A stretch of 45,470 nt of DNA, taken from Planctomycetota bacterium (GTDB lineage Bacteria > Planctomycetota > PUPC01). Position 1 is the first letter of the stretch. Every line of letters begins with the position of its first letter. The notes below the pieces were generated by a model. It was not told the origin of the DNA. It did no database searches and saw nothing but the letters and a program-made list of their open reading frames with translations. Below, piece by piece: positions 1-12,070 of this stretch. The DNA lies in assembly GCA_043819695.1 (NCBI GenBank), contig JBDREM010000124.1, positions 1 through 45,470 of the forward strand, written 5' to 3'. Made by a program: the position numbers and the translations under genes.

Positions 1-1
1 C

Positions 2-130
2 AAGACTCGGGCGGGCTCCCGCTCGCGGCTCACACACAGAACCCCTGCGATGGCCAGCGGAATAACTGACCACATTTGGCCCGTTGAACAGTTCGTTTGT
101 TACCAAGCTTGTCCGCCTGTGACAATCTAA
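2..130 (+). mobile_element. 3' end of an IS1-family-like transposase, truncated by the window edge
   Basis: Frame 2 reads KTRAGSRSRLTHRTPAMASGITDHIWPVEQFVCYQACPPVTI* (TAA 128-130). TPAMAxGITDHxW is the C-terminal motif I recognise from IS1-family (ISMhu11-like) transposases. It is followed by GGACACGAGG (131-140), a possible degenerate right end. Confidence 0.6.
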
Positions 131-275
131 GGACACGAGGAAAACGTTACTTTTCTGAAATGGACTTCGCTGGCGGCTTCGCTTAACACTTTGTGACACA
201 AACACATGCGGATCAGGCGCAGCTCTGGGATGGCGCCATTTATTTACCATATGGAATGAAAAAGTTACTTTCGCG

Positions 276-363
276 CCACGCCCGGCTCGCGCGGGGGTGT
301 TCTTCAGGTAGTCAGTTCTGCCGGAAGTGCGGGGCCCACGCCCGGCTCGCGCGGGGGTGTTCT
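276..363 (+). CRISPR. Minimal CRISPR-like unit: two identical 28-nt repeats and one 32-nt spacer, type I-E-like repeat
   Basis: CCACGCCCGGCTCGCGCGGGGGTGTTCT occurs at 276-303 and 336-363, with a spacer at 304-335. The internal hairpin is CCCGGC-TCGC-GCGGGG and an AT-rich region lies upstream. There are only two repeats and no cas genes in the window. Confidence 0.4.
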
Positions 364-588
364 GCCGTTCGAGGCTCCCGGTCCGGCCCCCACTCGATAT
401 TCGCGCTTCGGCGAGACTGCTCGTCTATAGTGGAGCAGGTAAGCTATGATTCCTGTGAGGGTGCCGTCACAAGTGCTTGCACATGAAAGGTGTGGCGTGC
501 AGCGGTGGTGGCGACCGCCCCTCGAAATCGCTGCATTGAGAAGTTTCAAGAATTCGAGACTGCGGAAGTTGGGCTAAGCGCCCCGGTG

Positions 589-3393
589 CTACTTCAACAC
601 TCGCCTCAGAAATTGACCGGTGTATGATTCGGCGACTCTGACCAACTGCTCAGGAGTACCTTCCGCAACAACAAGACCGCCCTCCGCGCCGCCCTCCGGC
701 CCCAGATCGATGACCCAGTCGGCGCACTTGATGACGTCGAGATTGTGCTCGATGGTGATGACGGTGTTGCCGCGCGAGACGAGGCGATCGAGCACACCCA
801 GCAGCTTGCTGATGTCCGCGAAGTGAAGGCCCGTCGTGGGCTCATCGAGAATGTACAACGTCATGCCGGTCGCGCGCTTGCCGAGCTCGGCCGAGAGCTT
901 GACGCGCTGCGCCTCGCCGCCGCTCAATGTCGTGCTTGATTGCCCAAGGCGTACGTAATCCATTCCCACGTCGGTCAGCGTCTGCAGGACCCGCTTCAGC
1001 TTCGGAAAGTTCTCAAAAAACGCGACCGCCTCTTCGACTGTCATTGCGAGGACCTCGGCGATGTTTTTGCCGCGGTAGCGGACATCGAGCGTCTCGCGAT
1101 CATACCGCAGTCCCTTACATTCCTCGCAGCGCACAAAAATGTCCGGGAGGAAGTGCATCTCAATCCGCTTCGTCCCTTGTCCTTCGCACGCCTCGCATCG
1201 TCCACCCTTGACGTTGAAACTGAACCGGCCGGGCTTGTAGCCTCGGACCTTCGCTTCCTTTGTTTGCGCGAACAGCCTGCGGATCTCTGTGAACGCGCCG
1301 GTGTAGGTCGCGGGGTTCGAGCGCGGCGTGCGGCCGATAGGCGATTGATCGATCTCGATGACCTTGTCGATGAGATGCACGCCGTCGATCTGTTTGTGCG
1401 GCCCGCCCCGGTCGCGTGCGCGATGGAGCTCGTGGGCGAGCGCCTTGTACAAGGTTTCGGTAACAAGCGAACTCTTGCCCGAACCCGAAACGCCCGTCAC
1501 GCAGACGAACGCGCCGAGCGGGAACCGGACGTCGATGTCGCGCAGGTTGTTCAGGCGGGCGCCGCGAATTGTCAGCGCGCGCTCCTTGTCGACCGGCCGC
1601 CGCTCCTTCGGGACTGGTATGGCCAACTTGCCGGACAAGTATTGGCCGGTAATGGAGTTCGGCGACCGCGCAACGGAGCCCGGCGGTCCTTCGGCGACCA
1701 CCTCGCCTCCGTGCTCGCCGGCGCCGGGGCCAAGATCGAGCACGTGGTCGGCTTGGCGAATCGTGGCCTCGTCGTGCTCGACAACGATGACCGTGTTCCC
1801 GAGACCCTGCAGCCGTCGCAGCGTCGCAAGGAGCTTCTCGTTGTCGCGCTGGTGGAGGCCGATGCTCGGCTCATCGAGCACGTAACACACGCCGACGAGT
1901 CCCGACCCGACTTGTGTGGCCAGGCGGATGCGCTGCGCTTCGCCCCCGGCGAGGGTGCCACTCGTGCGGTCGAGCGTCAGGTAGCCGAGGCCGACGTCAG
2001 CGAGGAACCTGAGCCGCTCGCGGATTTCCTGCAGCAACTGTCGGGCGATGACGCTCTTTTCCTTGTCGAACGTCAGCGAGCCGAAGAAACTGGCGGCGTC
2101 GGTCACCGAGAGTGAGGAAATCCCGCTGATGGAATGCCCGGCGACGTGGACGGCGAGCGACTCGGGCCGGAGCCGCGCCCCCTCGCACGTCGTACACGGC
2201 AGCACGCTCATATACTCCATTATCCGCTGCTTCACTGCGTCGCTGTCGCTGTTCTCAAAGCGGTGCTGCAACTCCGGAATGACGCCGGCGAACGACGAGC
2301 CGTACTGCGCCTCGAGCTTCGGCCACGAACCCTCGAGGAGGAGCCGCCGCTTCAGGTGATGGAGTTTGTGGAACGGCGTTGTGCGGGAGATGCCGAACTC
2401 GATCGCGGCGCGGCGCAGTCTGTGCGCATACCAGACCGGCATACCCGGGCCGGGCTTGCACGCCTCGATCGCCCCCTCGGCAAGCGTCCGGCGCGGGTCG
2501 GGCACGACGAGGTCGGGATCGATCTCGAGCCGCGTGCCCAGGCCCGCGCAGACCGGGCACGCGCCATACGGGCTGTTGAACGAGAACATCCTCGGAGTCA
2601 GCTCCTCGAGGCTCGTTCCGCAGTCCGGGCAGGCGTAAAGCTCGCTGTAAACCGTGTCGTCCCATCCGCCGTCCGACTGCACAGCGACAATGATGAGTCC
2701 GGAGCCAAGCCGGAGCGCGGTCTCGACGGAGTCCTGGAGCCGCGCCCCAAGCCCCGGCTTAATCACGAGGCGGTCGACCACGACCTCGATCGAGTGTTGG
2801 GCCTTCTTGTTCAGCTTCGGCGGATGGTCGACCTCGACGAGGCCGCCGTCGACACGGGCGCGCACGTATCCCTCGCGTTTGGCGCTAGTGAAGACGTCGT
2901 GGTGCTCGCCTTTCCGGCCGCGAACGAGCGGCGCAAGCACCATGACCCGCGAGCCCGGAGCGAGGGACCGGACGGCGTCGGTGATCTGCTGAGCCGTCTG
3001 CCGGGCGATCGGCCGCGCGCACTTGTGGCAGTGCGGGCTGCCCACGCGGGCGAACAGCAGGCGGAGATAATCGTAAATCTCGGTCGTTGTGGCGACGGTC
3101 GAGCGCGGGTTCGCCGAGGCCGAACGCTGCTCGATTGAGATCGTCGGCGGCAGGCCGGTCACCGACTCGACCTCGGGCTTTTGCATCTGCTCGAGGAACT
3201 GCCGCGCGTAAGAGGAGAGGCTCTCGACGTATCGCCGCTGTCCCTCCGCGAAGACGGTGTCGAACGCGAGCGACGACTTGCCTGAGCCGCTTATGCCGGT
3301 AATGACGACCAACTTGTCGCGGGGAATGGCGACGTCGATGTTTTTGAGGTTATGTTCGCGTGCGCCGCTGACGTGTATGAACTTGTCGGCCAC
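589..3393 (-). CDS. uvrA: Excinuclease ABC subunit A
   Basis: 934 aa with [10 protein letters not shown], two Walker A motifs ([18 protein letters not shown]), CxxC zinc fingers and LSGGEAQR signatures; GTG start. Confidence 0.98.
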   Translation of the reverse strand: MADKFIHVSGAREHNLKNIDVAIPRDKLVVITGISGSGKSSLAFDTVFAEGQRRYVESLSSYARQFLEQMQKPEVESVTGLPPTISIEQRSASANPRSTVATTTEIYDYLRLLFARVGSPHCHKCARPIARQTAQQITDAVRSLAPGSRVMVLAPLVRGRKGEHHDVFTSAKREGYVRARVDGGLVEVDHPPKLNKKAQHSIEVVVDRLVIKPGLGARLQDSVETALRLGSGLIIVAVQSDGGWDDTVYSELYACPDCGTSLEELTPRMFSFNSPYGACPVCAGLGTRLEIDPDLVVPDPRRTLAEGAIEACKPGPGMPVWYAHRLRRAAIEFGISRTTPFHKLHHLKRRLLLEGSWPKLEAQYGSSFAGVIPELQHRFENSDSDAVKQRIMEYMSVLPCTTCEGARLRPESLAVHVAGHSISGISSLSVTDAASFFGSLTFDKEKSVIARQLLQEIRERLRFLADVGLGYLTLDRTSGTLAGGEAQRIRLATQVGSGLVGVCYVLDEPSIGLHQRDNEKLLATLRRLQGLGNTVIVVEHDEATIRQADHVLDLGPGAGEHGGEVVAEGPPGSVARSPNSITGQYLSGKLAIPVPKERRPVDKERALTIRGARLNNLRDIDVRFPLGAFVCVTGVSGSGKSSLVTETLYKALAHELHRARDRGGPHKQIDGVHLIDKVIEIDQSPIGRTPRSNPATYTGAFTEIRRLFAQTKEAKVRGYKPGRFSFNVKGGRCEACEGQGTKRIEMHFLPDIFVRCEECKGLRYDRETLDVRYRGKNIAEVLAMTVEEAVAFFENFPKLKRVLQTLTDVGMDYVRLGQSSTTLSGGEAQRVKLSAELGKRATGMTLYILDEPTTGLHFADISKLLGVLDRLVSRGNTVITIEHNLDVIKCADWVIDLGPEGGAEGGLVVAEGTPEQLVRVAESYTGQFLRRVLK

Positions 3394-3404
3394 CAGTGAG
3401 CACC

Positions 3405-6400
3405 TTACCTGGCGCCTGGCGCCTGGACGATGTCTGCATTGATCATTCGGAGCAGCTCCGCCAGACGCGCTTGCCGCGCGTACCAGCCCAGTAGCTCGCC
3501 GGCGAAAGCCGTTTCCGGCGAGACGCGCCGCCGTATGTCGGTAACCAGTGCGAGCGAGCAGGAGCGCGCCGTTTCCGCGGGCCGCTCCGGGCCCCCGATC
3601 TCGCCGGCCCGCAGACTGAGGAGGTACATGCCGCCGGGCTGCTTACGGCTGAGGTAGGGAATGTCGTCGGCCGTCAGGGGCGTGACGTCGGCGGTGTCGA
3701 CCGTGAACTCGGCGGCCGCCGCCTGCATGGCGGCCGCTGTCGGCCGGGTTATTTTCGCCCGGACCTTGTCGGCCAGCTTCTGCGCCTCGGTGAGGGCGCG
3801 CTCGAGCGCGACGTCCCCCTTGACCTGGTTCGCGACCTTGTCGAACGGCGCCACTCCGGCGGGCAGGACGTTGACGACTCGCACGATTACGGGCCCGGAC
3901 GCGCCGCAGAAGGCCGGGCTGGTGTCGCCCGCCTTGGCCGACGCGAGGAAGGCGTCGAGCCCCGCCACGCCGAGCAGGCCGAGCGAAACGTCGTTACTGC
4001 CCGGCAGGTACTCCGCCACGGACTCCACACGGAGCTTTCCGGCCTCGGTGGCGACGTCCTTGAGCGGCATCTTGGCGTCCTTGGCGATCAGCGCGAGGGC
4101 GTCCTGTGCGAGCTTCGCGGCTTCTTTCCGGCCCTGCCACATCTTCAACTCGTGGACGATACGTTGCCGCACCGCGCTCAAGGGCTGGTAGCCGTCCGGG
4201 GCCGTCTTGTCTGGGAACAAGCCCTTGAGCTGTTCGTACGCCTCGGCGACATCGGCCTCGCCGGGTTCAATGTCGGCGCCGAGCTCCAGCATGTCGGCGA
4301 ACAGGCATTTCAGTTCGTAGCGGCGCGGCCGCTCGTACTTCTGCTTGTGGGCGGTGTAATATGTCTCGGCGTCCTCGTCGCTCACCTTGATCGTCGGCGC
4401 GAAGAGCTCGGTGCCGACCCGGACGTAATGGATCTTGATCACGCGGTTGGTGCCGGCCTCGACGACGCGGGCGAATTGCACTGTCCCGTCGGCGTTGACC
4501 ACGGGCGTGGTCGCGCCGGGCTGTGTCTGGAAGACTGCGTCGCCGAGCTCCTTCGTCATGAAAACTTGTTTTTCGGCTCGCTCCTTGTCGAAGAAGCCGG
4601 TCGTCTTCACGTATGGCGCGAACGGGAGCTCGGCGGCGAATTCGGGCTGCGCGAGCGCGCTCTCGATGGTCGCCTTCGGGTGCGTGGCGAGGTACGTGCG
4701 GAGTTTTTCGAGCGCGCTCGTGGCGCGTGCTTCGAGCCGCTCGCGCCGGACGTTGGCGCGGACTGCGGGCATGATGTCCTTGAGCTCGGGTGTCGCTCCG
4801 GCGCGCGTCTCGGTCACGCGGAAAATCACCCAGCCGCTGCCGGTGCGGACGGGTTCGCTCAGCTTGCCCTTCGCGGCCGCGAGGATGTTCTTGATGAGCT
4901 CCGGCGCCGGGCCGATGCGGGCGATGGTGGTGTCCGCGGCGGCCAGCACAGGTGTCGTGCCGGTCGTCAGGCCGAGCTGTTCGAGCGTTTCGGCGACCTG
5001 TGCGAGGGGCATCGGGCCGCCCTGGGCGATCCTGTACGCGGCCCTGATGGCCTGCTCGGCGTCTTTGGCTTCCGCCTTTTCCCGCGCCAGCTTGCTGCGG
5101 ATCCAGTCTCTCAGACGGTCGTCGAGAGCGTTATCCTGGTAGAGCGAGTGAGCATTTTGCTTGTAGTGCGCTTCGATCTCTTCGACGGTGATGCTCGGCG
5201 CGATGGCGCGGCCGACGTCATCGAACAACGCGGACAGGAGCTCGGCCTTGGCGCTCGGCGGCGGCTTGAAGTCGTCGCGATGCGCCTTGTAATACGCCGC
5301 CGCGTCGGCATCGGTGGCCGTGACCGACAGGGGGCCGTACTGTTCGGGCTGTATGGAGACGAACTCGATCTTCCGCTCGTTGCGCGTCTCTTCGCCGCCG
5401 AGGAGCATGATGGCGGCTCCGGAGTCGCCGGTCAGGACGGCGCTGAGGATGTTCGGCTTCAGCTTGAACGCCGCGGCGACGAGGGCGGGGTCGTTGCGGA
5501 AGAGGAACTCGTCGTCGGCGTGGAAGAAGCTCCCCGTCGTTGACTGTTCCAGCCTGACCGTCCTTGGGAGTTCGAGCGGGTTCGACTCGAAGTAGTTTCG
5601 GAAGGTTTCCTCGAGGCGCTTGCCCAGGTACCCGAGGTAGCGGGCCCGGAACTCTTCCTTTTTCCACTCCTCGATCAACTGGTCCTCCGCCAGCTTGATC
5701 TGCTCGGCGGCCGGCTCGGGTGGCGGCTGGCCGTCCGCGTCGTCCGGCTTTTCGTTCAGCATCGCGTCGCGGATCTTGCGGGCGCGCCGGTCGATCTCGT
5801 CCTGCGAGGGCCGGAGGACGGCCGTGAACTGCGCGGCCGTGAAGCTGATGTAGTCGGCCTTCCGGTCGAACGAGTCGTCGTCGACCCCGTAGACCGCGGC
5901 GGTGTAATACGTGTCGCCGTCCTGGACGAGGCGGGCGGTGGCGCCGGGCTGGGACTCGAGCTTCTGGGTGATGTGGTCCGCGAGCGCCGGCGGGAGGGTG
6001 ACGGCGCCCTCGGCCGAGCCGGGCGCCTGCACGATGTTGCTCTTTACGGCGAACCCGTTCTCCGCGGCGATCCTGGCGATCAATTGCCTGGCGATCTTGG
6101 CCTTGATCTTCCCGGTCGCGATTCTCGCGCGTTCCACGGCGAGCGCGTGGGCGCAGTCACTTCGCACCTGCTGCTGCTGGCCCGGAGAGAGGTCATCGAA
6201 TGGCAGAGCGTAGGGTTCCTGATAGGCCACGAGGCGGAAGACGAACAACGTGCGGCCGCTGGTAAGGATCTCGCTGAACCGGCGCACGACGACGTGTGTA
6301 TCGGGGCCGACTTGCCGCGTGAGCGGCCGCAGCTCCGGCGAGAACGCCTGCTGTATGAACTCGCGGGAGGCGATCAGGTCGGGCACGGCCATCCGCATAT

Positions 6401-7817
6401 CGTCCTCGGTCGGCGCGAAGGGTCGGGGCTTGCGGTAGGACAGGCCGGCGGCGCGGGCGAGCGGCTCGAGCGGCAGGGCGGCGCCCCTCTCGTCCTGGGC
6501 ACGCCGCCTGACGCTGTTGAGCTTCGTTTCGGCGGCCGCGCGCCCGAGCGCCTCGTGGTCCGCAGCAACGTACTCGATCTGTATCCGCTCCGGTTGAATG
6601 TATCCGAAGTAGGCCGGGGTCTGCCGCGGGTCGCGCTGTTTGCGCTTCTCGTAGAAGTCCAGCACGCTCTCCCTGCTCGGCGGGGCGATCCCTTGCACAA
6701 AGGGGTCCACCGGGACCTCGGCGACGAGGGCCTTTACTTCCTGGCTCTCGGCTGCGGCCCATTGCCCGCGGTCGTCGCTGGTGGTCAGGATCCGGCCGCC
6801 GGTCCCTCCGCAGACGAGCGAAAGGAACTTCTCCACGACGAGGTGCTCCTCGAACGCCTGCCGGACGAGGGCCACGTCCATCCCGAGCTTCTCCTGGATC
6901 ACGGTCTCGTAGCTCGGATACGTCTGCGTGATCATGAACTTGCCGTTGCGCCAGCCTTCGTCGTGCGGGAAGAGCGTTCCCTTGGAGGTCATGCCGGCGG
7001 ACGTCTCGATGAGGCGGAAGACGAACGCCCGGCCGTTCGATTTCCAGACCTTGCTGGGCTCGCCGGCGCGGGCGGCGAAGACCGCGGCGGCCAGGCCGTC
7101 GGGCAGCGGCAGGCCCAGGAGTTCGCCCAGCGCGGCCTGAGCGTTCTTGTCGGTGAACAACTCCGGCGACTGGCCGTGGTCGAGGCCGGTCTTTGCGGCC
7201 GCGCCGCCGAACGCGTCCTTCAAGCCTGGGCCTTCGGCGGGGGCGGCGGCCAGAAGCTTGACCGCGCGGTCCATCTTGTCCGCCGCCGCCTGCCGGGCGA
7301 GCTTGGTCTTGAGCTCGTCCCGGACACGATCCTTGACCTTTTCGAACTTCTCGGATTTGTCCTTCCAGTGCGCGTCGTAGTGAGCCCTGAGCTCGGCGTC
7401 GGACGGCGTGATGTTCTTCGCCAGCAGTTCCGGGTCGGCGAGCACATACTCGATGCGAACGCGTACGGGCGGGTACTTGTGAAGCAGAACGGTCACGGCG
7501 TCGGCGCCGGCCCGGACGCCACGCTCGCGCGCGGCGCTGAGAAGGAGGTAGGTGTCAAAGGCGGGGTTGCCGGAGGGATCGCCGGGCGTGACCGCAACGA
7601 ACGGGAGGCCGAGCTGCTGCCATCGCTGGGCGAAGCCTTGATATTGGTTGACCGTAAGGACGTGGCCGTAAAGTGTCCCGATGACCTGCTCGCGCCCGTC
7701 GCCGCCGCCTTGGCGCACGTTCTCGAGAATAGTCCATCCGCCGATTAGGAGCACGGCGAGGATGACGAGCAGGTACTTCTGATACTTGTCCAGTATCTTC
7801 CGCATGCCGCGAAGCAT
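3405..7817 (-). CDS. Large membrane-anchored PpiD/SurA-like periplasmic chaperone with multiplied modules
   Basis: 1470 aa. It has an N-terminal basic plus hydrophobic anchor ([17 protein letters not shown]) and recurring PpiD-like segments such as RIEYV..., [24 protein letters not shown] and [16 protein letters not shown]. No clear parvulin catalytic motif was seen. Confidence 0.65.
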   Translation of the reverse strand: MLRGMRKILDKYQKYLLVILAVLLIGGWTILENVRQGGGDGREQVIGTLYGHVLTVNQYQGFAQRWQQLGLPFVAVTPGDPSGNPAFDTYLLLSAARERGVRAGADAVTVLLHKYPPVRVRIEYVLADPELLAKNITPSDAELRAHYDAHWKDKSEKFEKVKDRVRDELKTKLARQAAADKMDRAVKLLAAAPAEGPGLKDAFGGAAAKTGLDHGQSPELFTDKNAQAALGELLGLPLPDGLAAAVFAARAGEPSKVWKSNGRAFVFRLIETSAGMTSKGTLFPHDEGWRNGKFMITQTYPSYETVIQEKLGMDVALVRQAFEEHLVVEKFLSLVCGGTGGRILTTSDDRGQWAAAESQEVKALVAEVPVDPFVQGIAPPSRESVLDFYEKRKQRDPRQTPAYFGYIQPERIQIEYVAADHEALGRAAAETKLNSVRRRAQDERGAALPLEPLARAAGLSYRKPRPFAPTEDDMRMAVPDLIASREFIQQAFSPELRPLTRQVGPDTHVVVRRFSEILTSGRTLFVFRLVAYQEPYALPFDDLSPGQQQQVRSDCAHALAVERARIATGKIKAKIARQLIARIAAENGFAVKSNIVQAPGSAEGAVTLPPALADHITQKLESQPGATARLVQDGDTYYTAAVYGVDDDSFDRKADYISFTAAQFTAVLRPSQDEIDRRARKIRDAMLNEKPDDADGQPPPEPAAEQIKLAEDQLIEEWKKEEFRARYLGYLGKRLEETFRNYFESNPLELPRTVRLEQSTTGSFFHADDEFLFRNDPALVAAAFKLKPNILSAVLTGDSGAAIMLLGGEETRNERKIEFVSIQPEQYGPLSVTATDADAAAYYKAHRDDFKPPPSAKAELLSALFDDVGRAIAPSITVEEIEAHYKQNAHSLYQDNALDDRLRDWIRSKLAREKAEAKDAEQAIRAAYRIAQGGPMPLAQVAETLEQLGLTTGTTPVLAAADTTIARIGPAPELIKNILAAAKGKLSEPVRTGSGWVIFRVTETRAGATPELKDIMPAVRANVRRERLEARATSALEKLRTYLATHPKATIESALAQPEFAAELPFAPYVKTTGFFDKERAEKQVFMTKELGDAVFQTQPGATTPVVNADGTVQFARVVEAGTNRVIKIHYVRVGTELFAPTIKVSDEDAETYYTAHKQKYERPRRYELKCLFADMLELGADIEPGEADVAEAYEQLKGLFPDKTAPDGYQPLSAVRQRIVHELKMWQGRKEAAKLAQDALALIAKDAKMPLKDVATEAGKLRVESVAEYLPGSNDVSLGLLGVAGLDAFLASAKAGDTSPAFCGASGPVIVRVVNVLPAGVAPFDKVANQVKGDVALERALTEAQKLADKVRAKITRPTAAAMQAAAAEFTVDTADVTPLTADDIPYLSRKQPGGMYLLSLRAGEIGGPERPAETARSCSLALVTDIRRRVSPETAFAGELLGWYARQARLAELLRMINADIVQAPGAR

Positions 7818-7842
7818 TGTGGTGTTCTCCGGTCAGTGAGGC

Positions 7843-8871
7843 TCAGAACTGCTTGAGAAAACGAGCGTCGTTCTCGAAAAACAGGCGAATGTCGTTGATG
7901 CCGAGCTTCAGCATGGCAATCCGGTCGGTCCCCATGCCGAAGGCGAAGCCGGTGTATTTCTCGGGGTCGTAGCCGACGTGGCGGAAGACGGCCGGGTCGA
8001 CCATGCCGGCGCCGAGCACTTCGATCCATCCGGACTGGCCGCAGACCTTGCAGCCCTTGCGGGCGCAGAACGGGCAGGAGACGTCGACCTCGGCGCTCGG
8101 CTCGGTGAAGGGGAAGAACGACGGGCGGAAGCGCGTCTGCGTCTGCTCGCCGAAGACTTCCTGCATGGCCATGCTGAGCACGGTCTTGAGGTCGGCGAAG
8201 GTGACGCGCGCGTCGACGTAGAGCCCTTCGATCTGGTGGAACATCGGGAAGTGGCTGGCGTCGACGGTGTCGGGCCGGAAGACCTTGCCGGGCACGACGA
8301 TCCGGATCGGCGGCTGGCGCGTCTCCATCACGCGGATCTGCACCGGCGAGGTGTGGCTGCGGAGCAGATGCTCGTTCTTCCCGCCATCCTCGATGTAGAA
8401 CGTGTCGAAGCCGTCGCGCGACGGGTGGTCGAGCGGGATGTTGAGGGCGTCGAAGTTGTGGTACTCATCCTCGATCTCCAGGCCGTAGGCGGTCTCGAAG
8501 CCGAGCCGGGCGAAGACCTCGACGAGCTCGTCGTTGATCTGCGTAAGGGGGTGTATTGATCCGAGCTTACGCCGTGTGCCGGGCACGGTAACATCGACTC
8601 TGGGGCCGGTCGGTTTCGGGGCGCCGCCCGCTTTTCGGGCTTCCGCGAACGCCTGTTCGATGGCCTGCTTGACCTCGTTGGCGAGCTTGCCGGCGGCGGG
8701 CTTCTCGCCGGCGGGGAGCTTGGACAGCTCGCCCATCAGCGCCTTGAGGGCGCCCTTGCGGCCGAGGTAGTTGACGCGGAGCGTCTCGAGCGCGCCGGCG
8801 TCTGCGGCGCCGGCAATGGCCGCGAGGGCCTCGCCGCGCAGTTGTTCGAGTCTGGCCAGCATGGGCTTCAC
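7843..8871 (-). CDS. pheS: Phenylalanine-tRNA ligase alpha subunit
   Basis: Motifs LLRSHTSPVQIR, HFPMFHQIEG, RFRPSFFPFTEPSAE and GFAFGMG. Start is either GTG 8871 (GTGA overlap with rplT) or ATG 8862. Confidence 0.97.
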   Translation of the reverse strand: MKPMLARLEQLRGEALAAIAGAADAGALETLRVNYLGRKGALKALMGELSKLPAGEKPAAGKLANEVKQAIEQAFAEARKAGGAPKPTGPRVDVTVPGTRRKLGSIHPLTQINDELVEVFARLGFETAYGLEIEDEYHNFDALNIPLDHPSRDGFDTFYIEDGGKNEHLLRSHTSPVQIRVMETRQPPIRIVVPGKVFRPDTVDASHFPMFHQIEGLYVDARVTFADLKTVLSMAMQEVFGEQTQTRFRPSFFPFTEPSAEVDVSCPFCARKGCKVCGQSGWIEVLGAGMVDPAVFRHVGYDPEKYTGFAFGMGTDRIAMLKLGINDIRLFFENDARFLKQF

Positions 8872-9221
8872 TTCGCCTTAAGAGCGGTCTGGACGAGCTG
8901 GCCGAAGGCCGCGGCGTCGCTGATGGCGATCTCCGACAGCATCTTGCGGTTGATCTCGACGCTGGCTTTTTTCAGCCCGTTCATGAAGCGGCTGTAGCTG
9001 ATGTCGTGCATGCGGCACGCGGCGCTGACGCGCGTGATCCAGAGCCGGCGGAACTCGCGCTTCTTGCGCTTGCGGTCCTTGAACGCGTTCGCCAGCGCGC
9101 GGTCGACGGCGTCGGACGCGCTGCGGAGCCGCTTGCTTCTTGCTCCATAGTATCCCTTCGCGGCCTTCAGGATGCGTTTCCGGCGCCGGCGGCGGGCCGG
9201 CCCGATGGTGCTTCTGGGCAT
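8868..9221 (-). CDS. rplT: 50S ribosomal protein L20
   Basis: AKGYYGARS, FRRLWITRV and NRKMLSEIA motifs; position after rpmI. Confidence 0.97.
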   Translation of the reverse strand: MPRSTIGPARRRRRKRILKAAKGYYGARSKRLRSASDAVDRALANAFKDRKRKKREFRRLWITRVSAACRMHDISYSRFMNGLKKASVEINRKMLSEIAISDAAAFGQLVQTALKAK

Positions 9222-9257
9222 TGGGGACCTCCTTTGTTTCTTGTGGCGTTTGTCTTG

Positions 9258-9448
9258 CTAGGTCAGCGAGCGCTTGACGCGCGCCTTGTCCGCCTGCGCC
9301 ACCGTGACGGCGCCGCGGAGGTGGCGCTTCCGCTTGCGGCTCTTGCCCGAGAGCAAATGTCTCAGGCCCGCTTTCCGGCGCATGACCTTGCCGGTCTTGG
9401 GATGCGAACCCTCTTGGCTACGCCCTTGCGGGTCTTCTGTTTCGGCAT
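9258..9448 (-). pseudogene. rpmI: 50S ribosomal protein L35 with a 1-nt frameshift (pseudogene or sequencing error)
   Basis: ATG 9448 gives MPKQKTRKGVAKRVRI. The rest (KTGKVMRRKAGLRHLLSGKSRKRKRHLRG...RSLT*, TAG 9258-9260) is in another frame. The span is 191 nt, one base short at about 9400/9401. Confidence 0.85.
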
Positions 9449-9548
9449 GTGTCCTGGCCTCCGGTTACAGGGGTCGCGGCGTCCGGGCGACAGTGCAGCC
9501 GCTCTGACCTCACGAGGTCGAGCCAGAGCTGCTGCGGCGGACGCCGAT

Positions 9549-10061
9549 CTATTTCGGCGCCAGCAACGCTGACATGCGGCGCCCTTCCCGCTTCGGCGGG
9601 GATTCGACTTTGGCCGCGTCTTCGAGCTGTGCGATGACGCGACTCAGCAGGTCCGCGCCGACCTCGATGTGTGCGAGCTCGCGGCCGCTGTATAGCATGG
9701 TGATTAGCACCTTGTCGCCTCGGGCGAGAAATGCGCGCGCGTGCTCGAGCCGGTAGTCGATGTCGTGCTGCCCGGTCTTCGGGTGCAGGCGGATCTCCTT
9801 GATGTGCGTGACGTGCGACTTCGTTTTCGATTGATGGGTGCGGCGCTTCCGCTTGTACTTGTACTTGCCGTAGTCCATCAGCTTGCAGACCGGCGGGTCG
9901 GCGTCGGTCGTGACCTGCACGAGGTCAAGCTCGGCGGCCTTCGCCGCGTTCAGGGCGTCGGCGAGCGACATAACGCCCAGCTGCCGGCCGTCCGCGCCGA
10001 CGAATCTTACCTGACTGGCCTCGATCTCATCATTGACCGCAAGTCTCTTGCTGTCAGCCGT
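9549..10061 (-). CDS. infC: Translation initiation factor IF-3, probable non-canonical ACG start
   Basis: PPVCKLMDYGKYKY and KEIRL motifs. The frame is open upstream of ATG 9971 through the conserved N-terminus (VNDEI...VRFVGADGRQLGV) to an in-frame TGA at 10065-10067. The SD AAGGAGGTGA is followed by ACC ACG. Confidence 0.93.
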   Translation of the reverse strand, partial: TADSKRLAVNDEIEASQVRFVGADGRQLGVMSLADALNAAKAAELDLVQVTTDADPPVCKLMDYGKYKYKRKRRTHQSKTKSHVTHIKEIRLHPKTGQHDIDYRLEHARAFLARGDKVLITMLYSGRELAHIEVGADLLSRVIAQLEDAAKVESPPKREGRRMSALLAPK

Positions 10062-10064
10062 GGT

Positions 10065-10074
10065 TCACCTCCTT
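10065..10074 (-). promoter_or_regulatory. Strong Shine-Dalgarno sequence of infC
   Basis: AAGGAGGTGA on the minus strand; AGGAGG ends 6 nt before the ACG codon. Confidence 0.75.
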
Positions 10075-10118
10075 GGGTTCTTGCCCGGCTAAACCATCAT
10101 GGGCCCTGCGAGCCGGCG

Positions 10119-12044
<1,926 letters not shown>

Positions 12045-12070
12045 TTCTGCTCCTTGCCAAAACCGGGAGA

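Noticed and set aside
390-420. Possible third degenerate CRISPR repeat (CCAC-N7-TCGCGC)
   Set aside because: Only about 10 of 28 positions match, and the spacing is 54 nt instead of 60.
193-549. ORFs 193..486 (+) and 304..549 (-)
   Set aside because: They have no recognisable domain, and the repeated peptide HARLARGCS simply reflects the 28-nt DNA repeat.
9395-9410. Programmed ribosomal frameshift in rpmI
   Set aside because: No X XXY YYZ slippery heptamer or obvious stimulator is present; a simple indel is more parsimonious.
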